IMG/VR virus record: IMGVR_UViG_3300028197_000011
Location: 1 to 55,583 of that record
Source of the DNA: a virus
Lineage: Duplodnaviria > Caudoviricetes
DNA: 55,583 bases
Strand: one strand, 5' to 3'
In this document: positions 47,420-55,583 of the stretch, in pieces
Numbering within the stretch: position 1 is the first letter of the stretch
Layout of the letters: each line of letters opens with the position of its first letter
Notes under the pieces: generated by a model
Seen by the model: only the letters and a program-made list of their open reading frames with translations
What the model was told of the DNA's origin: nothing
Database searches by the model: none
Translations under genes and position numbers: made by a program

Positions 47420-47521
47420 TTATTTTGACGTTGCAGGCATGGGTCTGCGTATGGGTTCTTCCTGTTTTGGTCTATGCTCTCCGGGGCGTGTCAATGGAAA
47501 GCTCTTTACCTCTTCGCTCAT
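47420..47521 (-). CDS. Unannotated 33-aa Pro/Arg-rich peptide MSEEVKSFPLTRPGEHRPKQEEPIRRPMPATSK
   Basis: Translated by hand. aaagga SD 8 nt before the ATG; overlaps the 3' end of the PAP2 gene in the same way as other coupled genes here. Confidence 0.45.
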   Translation of the reverse strand: MSEEVKSFPLTRPGEHRPKQEEPIRRPMPATSK

Positions 47522-48173
47522 CGTCAAGTCCTTTCATTATATCATACAATTTCTTTGTTGCAACTTTTGAAGCCTTGTTATCTGATGGATAGTGGACACC
47601 TTGTAATATTCTAGCTAAAGCACAGTAATCAGACAACTTAAAAAATACTTCTTTATGTACTGGATACTGGTCTGCAAGTATATGAGCTGCTAGCTCTGAG
47701 TATATAGTATGACCACTAGGATATGAGGGGGTGTGGTGAGTATCTGTATAGAGAACATTAATATCTAAATTATAATAAGGAGCTAATTGCTCTGGTCTAG
47801 CTCTATTATAATAATATTTAAGCGCAAATTGATATTGTTCTATTACATTGTAATAGCTATTAAACTTAGATCTGGGAAAAGTTAGATCATTCTTCTTTAA
47901 AAAATCACTAAATATATTAATAGGATCTTTATCCACAGATATTATCAAATCTACTTCTTTAGAAGTCCTAGACTTAGTTGCTTTAGATATTTCTTGTAAT
48001 TCTTTAACCGTTGTTAAACTGCTATTCTTATGGTGAGGCGGTATAATAGTTTTAAATTCTATATCTAAAAGAGATATATCATCATCATAATCCATCTTAT
48101 TATTAAGATAGGTAACTTCATCTACCGACTTCTGAGAGTCTATAATTGCTGCTACTTTATTTATTAAGCTCAT
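47472..48173 (-). CDS. PAP2-superfamily acid phosphatase/haloperoxidase-like protein
   Basis: Motifs KxxxxxxRP (KYYYNRARP), PSGH and RxxxxxHxxxD (RILQGVHYPSD). Confidence 0.88.
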   Translation of the reverse strand: MSLINKVAAIIDSQKSVDEVTYLNNKMDYDDDISLLDIEFKTIIPPHHKNSSLTTVKELQEISKATKSRTSKEVDLIISVDKDPINIFSDFLKKNDLTFPRSKFNSYYNVIEQYQFALKYYYNRARPEQLAPYYNLDINVLYTDTHHTPSYPSGHTIYSELAAHILADQYPVHKEVFFKLSDYCALARILQGVHYPSDNKASKVATKKLYDIMKGLDDERRGKELSIDTPRRA

Positions 48174-48378
48174 ATTTTCTCTCGGTAAATACTTTGTCTA
48201 ATCTTTGAACTAACTTAGTGCCAGCTCTGCGTCTAAAACATGGTAGTAAACCATGTATACATAAATATACACCAGCTCTGATACAACAGAACCCATGACA
48301 TGTAGCAAACTTTAAATGCTGCCAATAGGTCATATTATTTTCTTTTAAATGTTCATTCCATCTTTGATAAAAATTCAT
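48157..48378 (-). CDS. DUF6356-like small protein (73 aa)
   Basis: HLKENNMTYWQHLKFA...IHGLLP; start reassigned to MNFYQR immediately after the upstream stop. Confidence 0.65.
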   Translation of the reverse strand: MNFYQRWNEHLKENNMTYWQHLKFATCHGFCCIRAGVYLCIHGLLPCFRRRAGTKLVQRLDKVFTERKYELNK

Positions 48379-48379
48379 T

Positions 48380-49015
48380 CTACCACGCCTTGCAAGACCA
48401 ATAACGCGCTTTCCATTTTGGACCGGGATTTGCACAGTTATGTCTAGCTCTAAAAGACTTTCTTCTTGCCGGATTATCCTTCTTGATAGACATATTAGGA
48501 TCGCCAAAGTTTACTTTAACAACATTGCCAGAGCCATTTTTGACATAAACGCTTCTTTTCTTAGGCCCGTCTGGAGTTAAGAATGGTTTTCCAAGCTTTA
48601 CTTTTTTCCCCTGATATTCTGCCGCCATACCCTTACATCCACACCCATCTGATTTTTTACCTTTTTTCTTACGTAATATTTCAAAGTCTTCTTCAGTTAC
48701 TTTACCATCGTTATTTACATCAAGGGATTTTTTTTGTTCTTTAGAAGGCTCTGACTGAGCTTTTTTCCAAGACTTTGGATCTGGCCTGTCTTTATCACCT
48801 TTTTTTGCTGGTTTATAATTCTTGCCTTCTCGTTCTTTCTTCTTGCGAATATTTTCCCACAGTGAAGCGGCATCATATTCTCCTTCATCTTCTCCACAAT
48901 CTTCATATTCAGCTTCTGTGGGTAGATAAAAATTTTCTTCTGTTAATTCTTCTGTAGAACCATAAGTTTGAAAATTATATTCTTCGTCAGTTTCTTCTAT
49001 AAAAGACATAATCAT
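48380..49015 (-). CDS. DUF6321-like phage protein with an EF-hand-like loop
   Basis: VNFGDPNMSIKKDNPARRKSFRARHNC...ARYWSC and DVNNDGKVTEEDF. Confidence 0.65.
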   Translation of the reverse strand: MIMSFIEETDEEYNFQTYGSTEELTEENFYLPTEAEYEDCGEDEGEYDAASLWENIRKKKEREGKNYKPAKKGDKDRPDPKSWKKAQSEPSKEQKKSLDVNNDGKVTEEDFEILRKKKGKKSDGCGCKGMAAEYQGKKVKLGKPFLTPDGPKKRSVYVKNGSGNVVKVNFGDPNMSIKKDNPARRKSFRARHNCANPGPKWKARYWSCKAW

Positions 49016-49020
49016 CTCCT

Positions 49021-49875
49021 CTACAAAGTTTGTTTAATGGCAGCAGTAAGTAAAGAATCTATACTGCCGGGGGGAATTTTATTTTTAAAATGTTCGTAAG
49101 CACCTTTAATCATTTCATGTTCTGGATCTTGTGTAAGTTCTAGCCATCCTACAAAGTAATTCCATATTCTATCTTCTAATATTAATGGGTATTTTACTCC
49201 GCTAGGTCTATCGAATCTGTGAATCCATTTAAGTTCTGGCAAGCAGATAGTTCTACCACCAAATTGTCTAAACTTTTCATGTATATATCCTTCCTCCGCT
49301 CCAAATCCTTTAAATTTTTGATTAAATTTTACCCAGTTCTTTGTTTCGCAGGAGAATAATCCTAAACCCTGCATAGGTATGTCAAAGGGCTTTCCTTCTT
49401 TTAACTTCTGATGGTCTGTAGCCCACTTTCCATACATTCCCGATCCCCATCCCGGCGTAAAGTGCGTTGACGCAGCTTCGTGCTTAAGATGATCATATAT
49501 TAATGGTCCTTGTACTAGGTCTTTACAGTTTGGTTTATCTTTATAATAATCTAATAAGCTTTGTATGGCTCCGGGGAATAGCATAACATGCGAATCCATA
49601 GATATAGCGTATTTACCCTTAGCTTGTCTGAAAATCTCGTTTCTTACCGCTGTCCCTGTTTTAAAAGTATAAGGTATGTATGTTCCATTTGCGACCCAGT
49701 TCATATATTTTTCATTGGCTTTACCATGAGCTGAGTCTGGGTTGTTATCTATTAGTATTATTTCTACTTCTTCTGTATTACATATCGGGTGATACATTCT
49801 CAATGATTGAATAGAGAAATATACTCCATCATAATCATCGTATGTAGCCATGCCTATTGTTAGTTTTTTTTCCAT
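49021..49875 (-). CDS. Glycosyltransferase family 2
   Basis: LTIGMATY, EIILIDN, RN...AKGKYAISMDSH and GFGAEE. Confidence 0.85.
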   Translation of the reverse strand: MEKKLTIGMATYDDYDGVYFSIQSLRMYHPICNTEEVEIILIDNNPDSAHGKANEKYMNWVANGTYIPYTFKTGTAVRNEIFRQAKGKYAISMDSHVMLFPGAIQSLLDYYKDKPNCKDLVQGPLIYDHLKHEAASTHFTPGWGSGMYGKWATDHQKLKEGKPFDIPMQGLGLFSCETKNWVKFNQKFKGFGAEEGYIHEKFRQFGGRTICLPELKWIHRFDRPSGVKYPLILEDRIWNYFVGWLELTQDPEHEMIKGAYEHFKNKIPPGSIDSLLTAAIKQTL

Positions 49876-50912
49876 TAGCCCGGAGCCTCATAAAATCCTA
49901 TGTCAAATCCTTCTCTACTACAATCCTGAATGGTCTTGTCTATACCGTGAGTTTCGATATGCTTCCCTATATACATACACATATTTTGGTCAGTTTCAGG
50001 CCAGTTGTTCTTGCAAAAATGGCACAATTTAGTGCATTTCCAGTGGCTTCTATCGCTAGAAATAGGTCTTGGAGACGTATTTTGTTGTATTTCTTGAAAT
50101 CTATTTTTTAACATTTCTAAAAATTTGCCTTCATCTTCAGGAGAAAAACATAAACTAAAAGGTGATGGGTCTGGTTTTCCATCCTTGTCCTTATAAAAGA
50201 AAATGCTCATAATTCTATTGGGAAATTCAGGGTATAATTTAGATATAGCATAGTAATACAATAGTAATTGTGGATCATTTTCTAATTTTTTGTAGTCTTT
50301 TACCTCTCCTGTTGTCCAATCCATCCTTCTTCCAGTTTTCCAATCCACTACTTCAATAGTGTCATCGTTAATCTTTGTAACAAGATCAATAGTTCCCTTA
50401 ATAGCTAGTTGTCCCTTTATCGTTTTACCATTAATTTCATACTCAAATTTCGCCCAATCCTCTTCAATAGGTATATCAAAATGAGGTTCTGGAAAATGTA
50501 TATTCCTTAACCTTGGATCAAATTGATTATCGCCGTGGGTTAAAAAGCACCAAGCTGCTTTAGATATATCTTCCCTGTCCTTAAGGCTAAAAGAAAAAGC
50601 AGATGTTTTTTCATAAGCATCTATACTTAGATCAATTAAATTATTTACTATTTCATCAGTATGCAGTTCTTCTTTTTTACATTTAAATTTACCAATAGCA
50701 TCATCATTAACTTTTAAAAATTTTACTTTGGGTTTATCCTGTTCGTGTTTCTTCAGTCCAGCCAGAACTTCCATTACCTTGTGGACCATTGTTCCCATGT
50801 CTGCCTTTTTCCCACTTGTGCTTTGATGACCAAGCACATAAGTGATAAAATATTGCATTTGACAATATTCGTAATTGTTATAGCTGGAAGATCTAACGTA
50901 GGTTATTAACAT
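49875..50912 (-). CDS. PD-(D/E)XK exonuclease, Cas4/AddB-like with Fe-S cysteines
   Basis: SSYNNYEYC, GTMVHKVME, KGTIDL, VVDWKTG, QLLLY and CTKLCHFC. Confidence 0.85.
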   Translation of the reverse strand: MLITYVRSSSYNNYEYCQMQYFITYVLGHQSTSGKKADMGTMVHKVMEVLAGLKKHEQDKPKVKFLKVNDDAIGKFKCKKEELHTDEIVNNLIDLSIDAYEKTSAFSFSLKDREDISKAAWCFLTHGDNQFDPRLRNIHFPEPHFDIPIEEDWAKFEYEINGKTIKGQLAIKGTIDLVTKINDDTIEVVDWKTGRRMDWTTGEVKDYKKLENDPQLLLYYYAISKLYPEFPNRIMSIFFYKDKDGKPDPSPFSLCFSPEDEGKFLEMLKNRFQEIQQNTSPRPISSDRSHWKCTKLCHFCKNNWPETDQNMCMYIGKHIETHGIDKTIQDCSREGFDIGFYEAPG

Positions 50913-50926
50913 GTAGAGTCCTTATG

Positions 50927-51628
50927 TTATAAGATATGATTCATTTTACTTTTTATGATATCGTTTAGTTCAGAAACTGTAATGTTAGAATTTGATATTA
51001 CATAATCAAAATTATCCCAACTATAATTATCTTTGTCTAAAGCAGACTCGCATGTATGAGAGCTGTTTAATATATTTCTATCTAGCCTTATTACAATTCC
51101 TCCAGCGTCGTGTATCGCCTTTACTTCGTTGGGAAACCTTACGTCTGGCACTACTGCTATGCTAGGATCTTCATCTTTTATTAACTTTATGGTGCAGTCT
51201 ACCCATACTGAATCCTTAATCTTCCTCATTATGTCTGTACCGAGATGCTGTAAAAATTCTCTAGCTGTCATACCGTATGGCGTTTCTGTATTTTTATCAT
51301 TGTCAGATCCATAAACTTGTTGTCGTGTTAAATCAAATAAATCCATGCTTATTTTTTTAAGATAGTCTGCAAAGTGATACGTCTTTATATAAGGCCAAAG
51401 ATTCTGTTCCGCATAGTCACAAAAATCATCATCTGTCCTTAGAACGTCAAAGATGCCCCAACCCTCTACGCCTTGCGCGTTAGTAGTCTTAATGACTAGT
51501 TCTCCTTTTTCATTTATCTGGTACTCGGAGATCATTTCATTGTGTTCTAAAACCATACCATTAATGCAGTTTGCGAGGGTATTTTTACCCGCCTGCTTTC
51601 GTCCTGATATGCCTATAATTTTTGTCAT
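50927..51628 (-). CDS. Deoxynucleoside monophosphate kinase
   Basis: GISGRKQAGKNT, FADYLK, REFLQHLGTD, DVRFPNE and HxxE. Confidence 0.85.
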   Translation of the reverse strand: MTKIIGISGRKQAGKNTLANCINGMVLEHNEMISEYQINEKGELVIKTTNAQGVEGWGIFDVLRTDDDFCDYAEQNLWPYIKTYHFADYLKKISMDLFDLTRQQVYGSDNDKNTETPYGMTAREFLQHLGTDIMRKIKDSVWVDCTIKLIKDEDPSIAVVPDVRFPNEVKAIHDAGGIVIRLDRNILNSSHTCESALDKDNYSWDNFDYVISNSNITVSELNDIIKSKMNHIL

Positions 51629-52647
51629 TAGTATGTACCTTTAAGTTTAGAAAGTATTTTATCTTTAATATCCTTGATTCTCATGTCTCCTATATCTTTG
51701 TTTTCTAGTTTGGGAAATATTAGATTATACATTCTACCAAGCTGTCTTTTAATTTGCACCCTAGCTTCTCTTCCTGCCTGATCATTATCAGTAAGTATAA
51801 TAAGTTTCGTAATAGGCAAGCTACGGATTTTCTGCTCCTGTTCTTTGGATATAGTTTTTCCGAATATACTAACTGCATTTTTAACTCCACATTCATGCAT
51901 TTTCCAAACGTCTCCTTGTCCCTCTAGTATATATAAGCAGTTTGTTTCTTTAGCTTTTTTGATAGCTCTGTGGAAGTTATAAAAGTAATATCTTTTGTTA
52001 AATCCAGTTGGATAAAACAGAAACTTAGGCTGTCTATATTCTTTTACAGACCTTGCTATTGCTCCTACAATTATATCCCCCTGATCATTATGAATTGGTA
52101 TAATCGCTCTTTCTTTCATTATACCTTTATCACTACAATCTCCCACGCCAAAATATTTTAGTGTGTTTTTTTTAAATCCTCTTCCGTAAAAATATGAAGA
52201 TGGAATACAAGCGTCACACCCAATTTCTACAGGAATATCTGTTATTCCGTATTCCTTTTTCTTTATATGTCTTATTAATTTTGAAAACTCGTCTTCATCT
52301 ACAGTAGATATATTAGTAGTGTTACTCTTATATTGTGATATATCAAACTCTTGCGATATCCATTGTAAAGCATCTTTAAATTCTAAATTCTCTCCAGACT
52401 TAGCAGACAATACTCCTGTTATTAATCCAAAAATATCATTGTTATGCTCTAACTGACAGTCTCTTGTCCAGCACTTCCATATGCCTCTCTCTGGAGAAAA
52501 AGAAAAAGCTCTGGGGTTATCGCTACCCTCATGAATTGGACAGGTAGAATATATATTTCCACCAAAATTTTCACATTCCATGCCTAGTTTTTCAAAGACC
52601 AGTTCAGCTTCGCTGTTAAGTTTTTGTTTCAGTTTCTTCAAGTTCAT
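51628..52647 (-). CDS. dnaG: DNA primase (CHC2 zinc finger plus TOPRIM)
   Basis: CPIH...WKCWTRDC, ILEGQGD, DNDQAG and KDIGD. Confidence 0.9.
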   Translation of the reverse strand: MNLKKLKQKLNSEAELVFEKLGMECENFGGNIYSTCPIHEGSDNPRAFSFSPERGIWKCWTRDCQLEHNNDIFGLITGVLSAKSGENLEFKDALQWISQEFDISQYKSNTTNISTVDEDEFSKLIRHIKKKEYGITDIPVEIGCDACIPSSYFYGRGFKKNTLKYFGVGDCSDKGIMKERAIIPIHNDQGDIIVGAIARSVKEYRQPKFLFYPTGFNKRYYFYNFHRAIKKAKETNCLYILEGQGDVWKMHECGVKNAVSIFGKTISKEQEQKIRSLPITKLIILTDNDQAGREARVQIKRQLGRMYNLIFPKLENKDIGDMRIKDIKDKILSKLKGTY

Positions 52648-54079
52648 CTTTTATTTTATCCATGTTGTTTACTAATCCTGTGTCTCCAACTGGAGCGTTT
52701 TTAAATTCATTTCTTGTTTGTAGCTCCACAAGCTTGGCGTGTGATCCTATCATGTTCATGTTTATATAGTCTCCATCATCCATCCCAGCACCATGTCTAG
52801 AGACGATAGGTACTAATTTTCTGTTGCCAGCGTTGGGTCCATCTTCTGCAAGTTCTTCTGTAGATTTAGATTTAAAAATACTAAACGAAGTACAGAGCCA
52901 AATAAGCCTGTCTGATCCACTAACAGCGTCTGTGCTTTCCTTTGTAATCCCATCGCGGTTTAATTGCACGAAAGATAGACAGGGTATGTCTAGCTTAACG
53001 CATAAATTATGCAGTGAAGTAATTTGAAATCCTAACGCTTGGTATTCTTGTATATTATTTGTTATTGAGGACGAAGACATTAGCTTCAAGTAATCATATA
53101 TAATCAGACAGTCGTTAGTTTTGCCTGCTTCGTCTGTTTTAACCTCTTGCATTACCCAGCGACGAATAAGATTCAGTATTCCCTCAAAAGGTTTCCCGGC
53201 GACACTAATATAACTATATGGTATAGATTCTAATTTTGCTACAGCTGTTTTAATTTTATCTTCTTTGTGCGAATCATCTACAAATTTGCCAGTAGATATT
53301 TCATTAATAGGAACTCCACTAATGTTCGCTATTAGTCTATTTAGATGGTCTTCTTTGGACATCTCTGTGTCTAAAACAAGTACTGGTATATCTAATGAGG
53401 ATACGTTAAGGGCAACATTATCGGCAAATACCGACTTACCAACTTTTGGTCTTGCAGAAACAAGGTCAACGCATTTTCGTCGCAACCCACCACCAATGGC
53501 TTCATCGTACTTTGAGAATCCCGTGGGTACACCAATAATATCACATTTATTTTCTGATAAAAATTGTACATAATCTTCTACGCCCTCTCCAATCTTTTCT
53601 GGATTCTCTGCACCGTCGTCTTCTCTTAAAAAATCTGTAACAGGATTTTCTAAAATTTGTATAATTTCATTTACGCTTTGAGTTCCGTCAACACTATCTA
53701 TATCCTGATGAATCTTCTTTGTTAGTTTCTTTATCTTTCTGGCGAACTCAAACTTTTTTAATTGTAACGCAAAGCCAAAGATGTTACCCTGACTGACAGG
53801 AAATTCATAAAGCGAGTTGATATAGTTTAACTCTTGTTTTGTGCTAATTTGTTCTGATAGTCCCAAAGAATTAGCAGCAGACAATAGGGTAGGTATATCA
53901 GGAGACTGATCTTGATCTATTACTTGTGATATACATGCAAATATCATTCTGTTGTTATCATGGACGAAGCTGTCTGAAGATAGCAATTCAGAAATAACTA
54001 CGTAGCTATCTATACCGTATTGCAACAGTCCAGCAAGCACTGCTCTTTCTGATCCTATGTCTGATAGTTTTTGATCCAT
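52616..54079 (-). CDS. dnaB: Replicative DNA helicase
   Basis: ERAVLAGLL, ARPKVGKS, TEM, IIYDYL and QLNR. Confidence 0.92.
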   Translation of the reverse strand: MDQKLSDIGSERAVLAGLLQYGIDSYVVISELLSSDSFVHDNNRMIFACISQVIDQDQSPDIPTLLSAANSLGLSEQISTKQELNYINSLYEFPVSQGNIFGFALQLKKFEFARKIKKLTKKIHQDIDSVDGTQSVNEIIQILENPVTDFLREDDGAENPEKIGEGVEDYVQFLSENKCDIIGVPTGFSKYDEAIGGGLRRKCVDLVSARPKVGKSVFADNVALNVSSLDIPVLVLDTEMSKEDHLNRLIANISGVPINEISTGKFVDDSHKEDKIKTAVAKLESIPYSYISVAGKPFEGILNLIRRWVMQEVKTDEAGKTNDCLIIYDYLKLMSSSSITNNIQEYQALGFQITSLHNLCVKLDIPCLSFVQLNRDGITKESTDAVSGSDRLIWLCTSFSIFKSKSTEELAEDGPNAGNRKLVPIVSRHGAGMDDGDYINMNMIGSHAKLVELQTRNEFKNAPVGDTGLVNNMDKIKDELEETETKT

Positions 54080-54475
54080 TTACTTACCACCCGTGCAAGA
54101 TTCACATCTATAATATTCTCCATAAACTAAAGAAGAATTAAGTGTAAAAGTTTTGCCACAACTATTACAAGTTATATCCTTCATCTTTGGTGGTTGTCTA
54201 TTTCTAGGAGTTCTTTTTACTTTTGGTGTTGACACATCAGAATGTTCACCAGTATCTTCCCAAGTATTCTTGCCAGCCTTCACTACTCTTTTTCTGCTTT
54301 TATGTTTATCTAAATCTCTGTTCATGGTAAAGTCTCCATCAACAGCTTCTGAGATTGGTTCTTCATGCTGAAACCTAGATTCTACTTCTGGTTTAAAATC
54401 ATCACCAGTAAGCGCCTTTAATAAAGCTGCTCTTTGTTCATCTGACAATGTTTGTATAAAATTATCCATACTCAT
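54080..54475 (-). CDS. Hypothetical protein with a C-terminal zinc ribbon
   Basis: CNSC and CESC motifs. Confidence 0.7.
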   Translation of the reverse strand: MSMDNFIQTLSDEQRAALLKALTGDDFKPEVESRFQHEEPISEAVDGDFTMNRDLDKHKSRKRVVKAGKNTWEDTGEHSDVSTPKVKRTPRNRQPPKMKDITCNSCGKTFTLNSSLVYGEYYRCESCTGGK

Positions 54476-54936
54476 GATCTTTTACCCTTCTCTAATAGTA
54501 TGTCGGCTTTACGTTTTAGTTCGTACACTTTGCCCTCCATAGCTTGAATCCTAATTTCTGCAATTTCTCTATAATGATCTACAGCTCTAGCGTATTCGTC
54601 ATTCACTACAATTAATTGTCTGCGCATCTCATGCTTTGTGTATGGGTTAAATTCATCCATGTTTTTTGCTACCATCTTATTTAACTTATCATTGCACCAA
54701 TTCAGTGCAATCTTCTGCATATTTAATTCATCTTGTAGGTGTGTAGAGTAGCTATAAAGTACATAAGCATAATCAAACATCTCATCTCTTGTGAGAATTT
54801 TTAATGTATCCCTGTCGGCATCAGCTGCGCTTTGCCAATCTTCATTAAATTTTTTATTAAACCTAGCATGACTAGCGTTGAGAAAATCATCTACCATAAC
54901 TCTTAATTCAGCTAATTGTTCATTCGCCGTTTTCAA
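54472..54936 (-). CDS. Helical hypothetical protein, possibly a UvsY-like mediator
   Basis: All-helical 154-aa ORF downstream of recA; the resemblance to UvsY is weak. Confidence 0.45.
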   Translation of the reverse strand: MKTANEQLAELRVMVDDFLNASHARFNKKFNEDWQSAADADRDTLKILTRDEMFDYAYVLYSYSTHLQDELNMQKIALNWCNDKLNKMVAKNMDEFNPYTKHEMRRQLIVVNDEYARAVDHYREIAEIRIQAMEGKVYELKRKADILLEKGKRS

Positions 54937-55345
54937 TTTGGTCTCTCCATTGTTCGTTTGCGTCAGAGTACTTCAATACTATTATATCAATTTTATTCAA
55001 CTCGCACCACTCTATTTTATCTTCATCCTTAGCTTTTGCAATGGCAAAGTCTGCTTTGTTCTTATGAAAAAAAGAAGTATACTCATAGTGTTGTTGACCA
55101 TGCACTTCTATCGCTAGCATAATTTGTGGTATATAAAAATCTAAATACAACACACCCTTCTTATGACTTGCCGTGCTGCCCGGAAGCTTTACCTCTTCTA
55201 ATATCCTATAACTATGGAAGATAGTCTTCAAGAGTTTTCTTGCGCGAACGTGAAACTTTGATCTCTTCCGATTGTCGTTTGCGTCTACAGAATAGTTTGT
55301 TAGATTCCAAGCGTACTCTCTCCCATTTATACCAATAACTTTCAT
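54920..55345 (-). CDS. Vsr/DUF559-like endonuclease
   Basis: LYLDFYIP...AIEVHGQQHY...DEDKIEWC. Confidence 0.75.
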   Translation of the reverse strand: MKVIGINGREYAWNLTNYSVDANDNRKRSKFHVRARKLLKTIFHSYRILEEVKLPGSTASHKKGVLYLDFYIPQIMLAIEVHGQQHYEYTSFFHKNKADFAIAKAKDEDKIEWCELNKIDIIVLKYSDANEQWRDQIENGE

Positions 55346-55415
55346 TTATGATTCCTATCAATAATTTGGCTAGCAATATGCCAGCACATATGTTTAATAT
55401 TGTGTAAATATGCAT
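55212..55415 (-). CDS. Possible small membrane protein
   Basis: TAATG-coupled to the upstream gene with a hydrophobic N-terminus, but overlaps the next gene by 134 nt. Confidence 0.3.
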   Translation of the reverse strand: MHIYTILNICAGILLAKLLIGIINESYWYKWERVRLESNKLFCRRKRQSEEIKVSRSRKKTLEDYLP

Positions 55416-55583
55416 TAAAATAACTCTTTAATTTTGTCATAGATAAATGCAGATACTTTAGGATTGTCATTTAAAAACTCAAGGGTATTATTAGCGCCCT
55501 GAAATTTAAAAAATCTTTCTATATCCTCTTCTTTGTCTGAAATATTATTGTCTTTGAGTAGTTTTGTATTACCGGATCTTCTA
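55415..55583 (-). CDS. recA: C-terminus of a RecA-like recombinase (truncated by the window edge)
   Basis: Manual translation ...FKFQGANNTLEFLNDNPKVSAFIYDKIKELF* matches the RecA C-terminal QGxxNxxxxLxxNP pattern. Confidence 0.55.
   Translation of the reverse strand, partial: RRSGNTKLLKDNNISDKEEDIERFFKFQGANNTLEFLNDNPKVSAFIYDKIKELF

Noticed and set aside
49875-50912. Cas4 as evidence of a CRISPR system
   Set aside because: Stand-alone Cas4/AddB-like nucleases are common in phage replication modules; there is no cas1/cas2 and no array
1-55583. Stop-codon reassignment
   Set aside because: Coding density is near complete under the standard code, and TAA, TAG and TGA all end genes

Overview
AT-rich segment of a large tailed dsDNA phage genome in standard genetic code, organised as two convergent blocks. 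The + strand (1-34178) is a virion/tail module: a 5'-truncated tape-measure-like protein, a ~4580-aa LamG/FG-GAP tail protein, two paralogous proteins and three large hypothetical proteins. The - strand (55583-34288) is a replication, recombination and glycan module: RecA C-terminus, DnaB, DnaG, dNMP kinase, a Cas4/AddB-like nuclease, an intein-less split DnaE with a nuclease and a DEDDh exonuclease gene between the halves, SSB, a glycosyltransferase cluster and a Rad52-like annealase. The best unexplained signal is a non-coding 52-54-nt hairpin with identical internal spacing and compensatory base changes. It occurs as three full copies and one half copy at two loci 13 kb apart (47306-47419 and 34207-34291). 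On the - strand each cluster starts at a stop codon, and one lies directly upstream of dnaE-N. CCWGG also appears to be strongly avoided. All family assignments come from motif recognition by eye, not from database searches.
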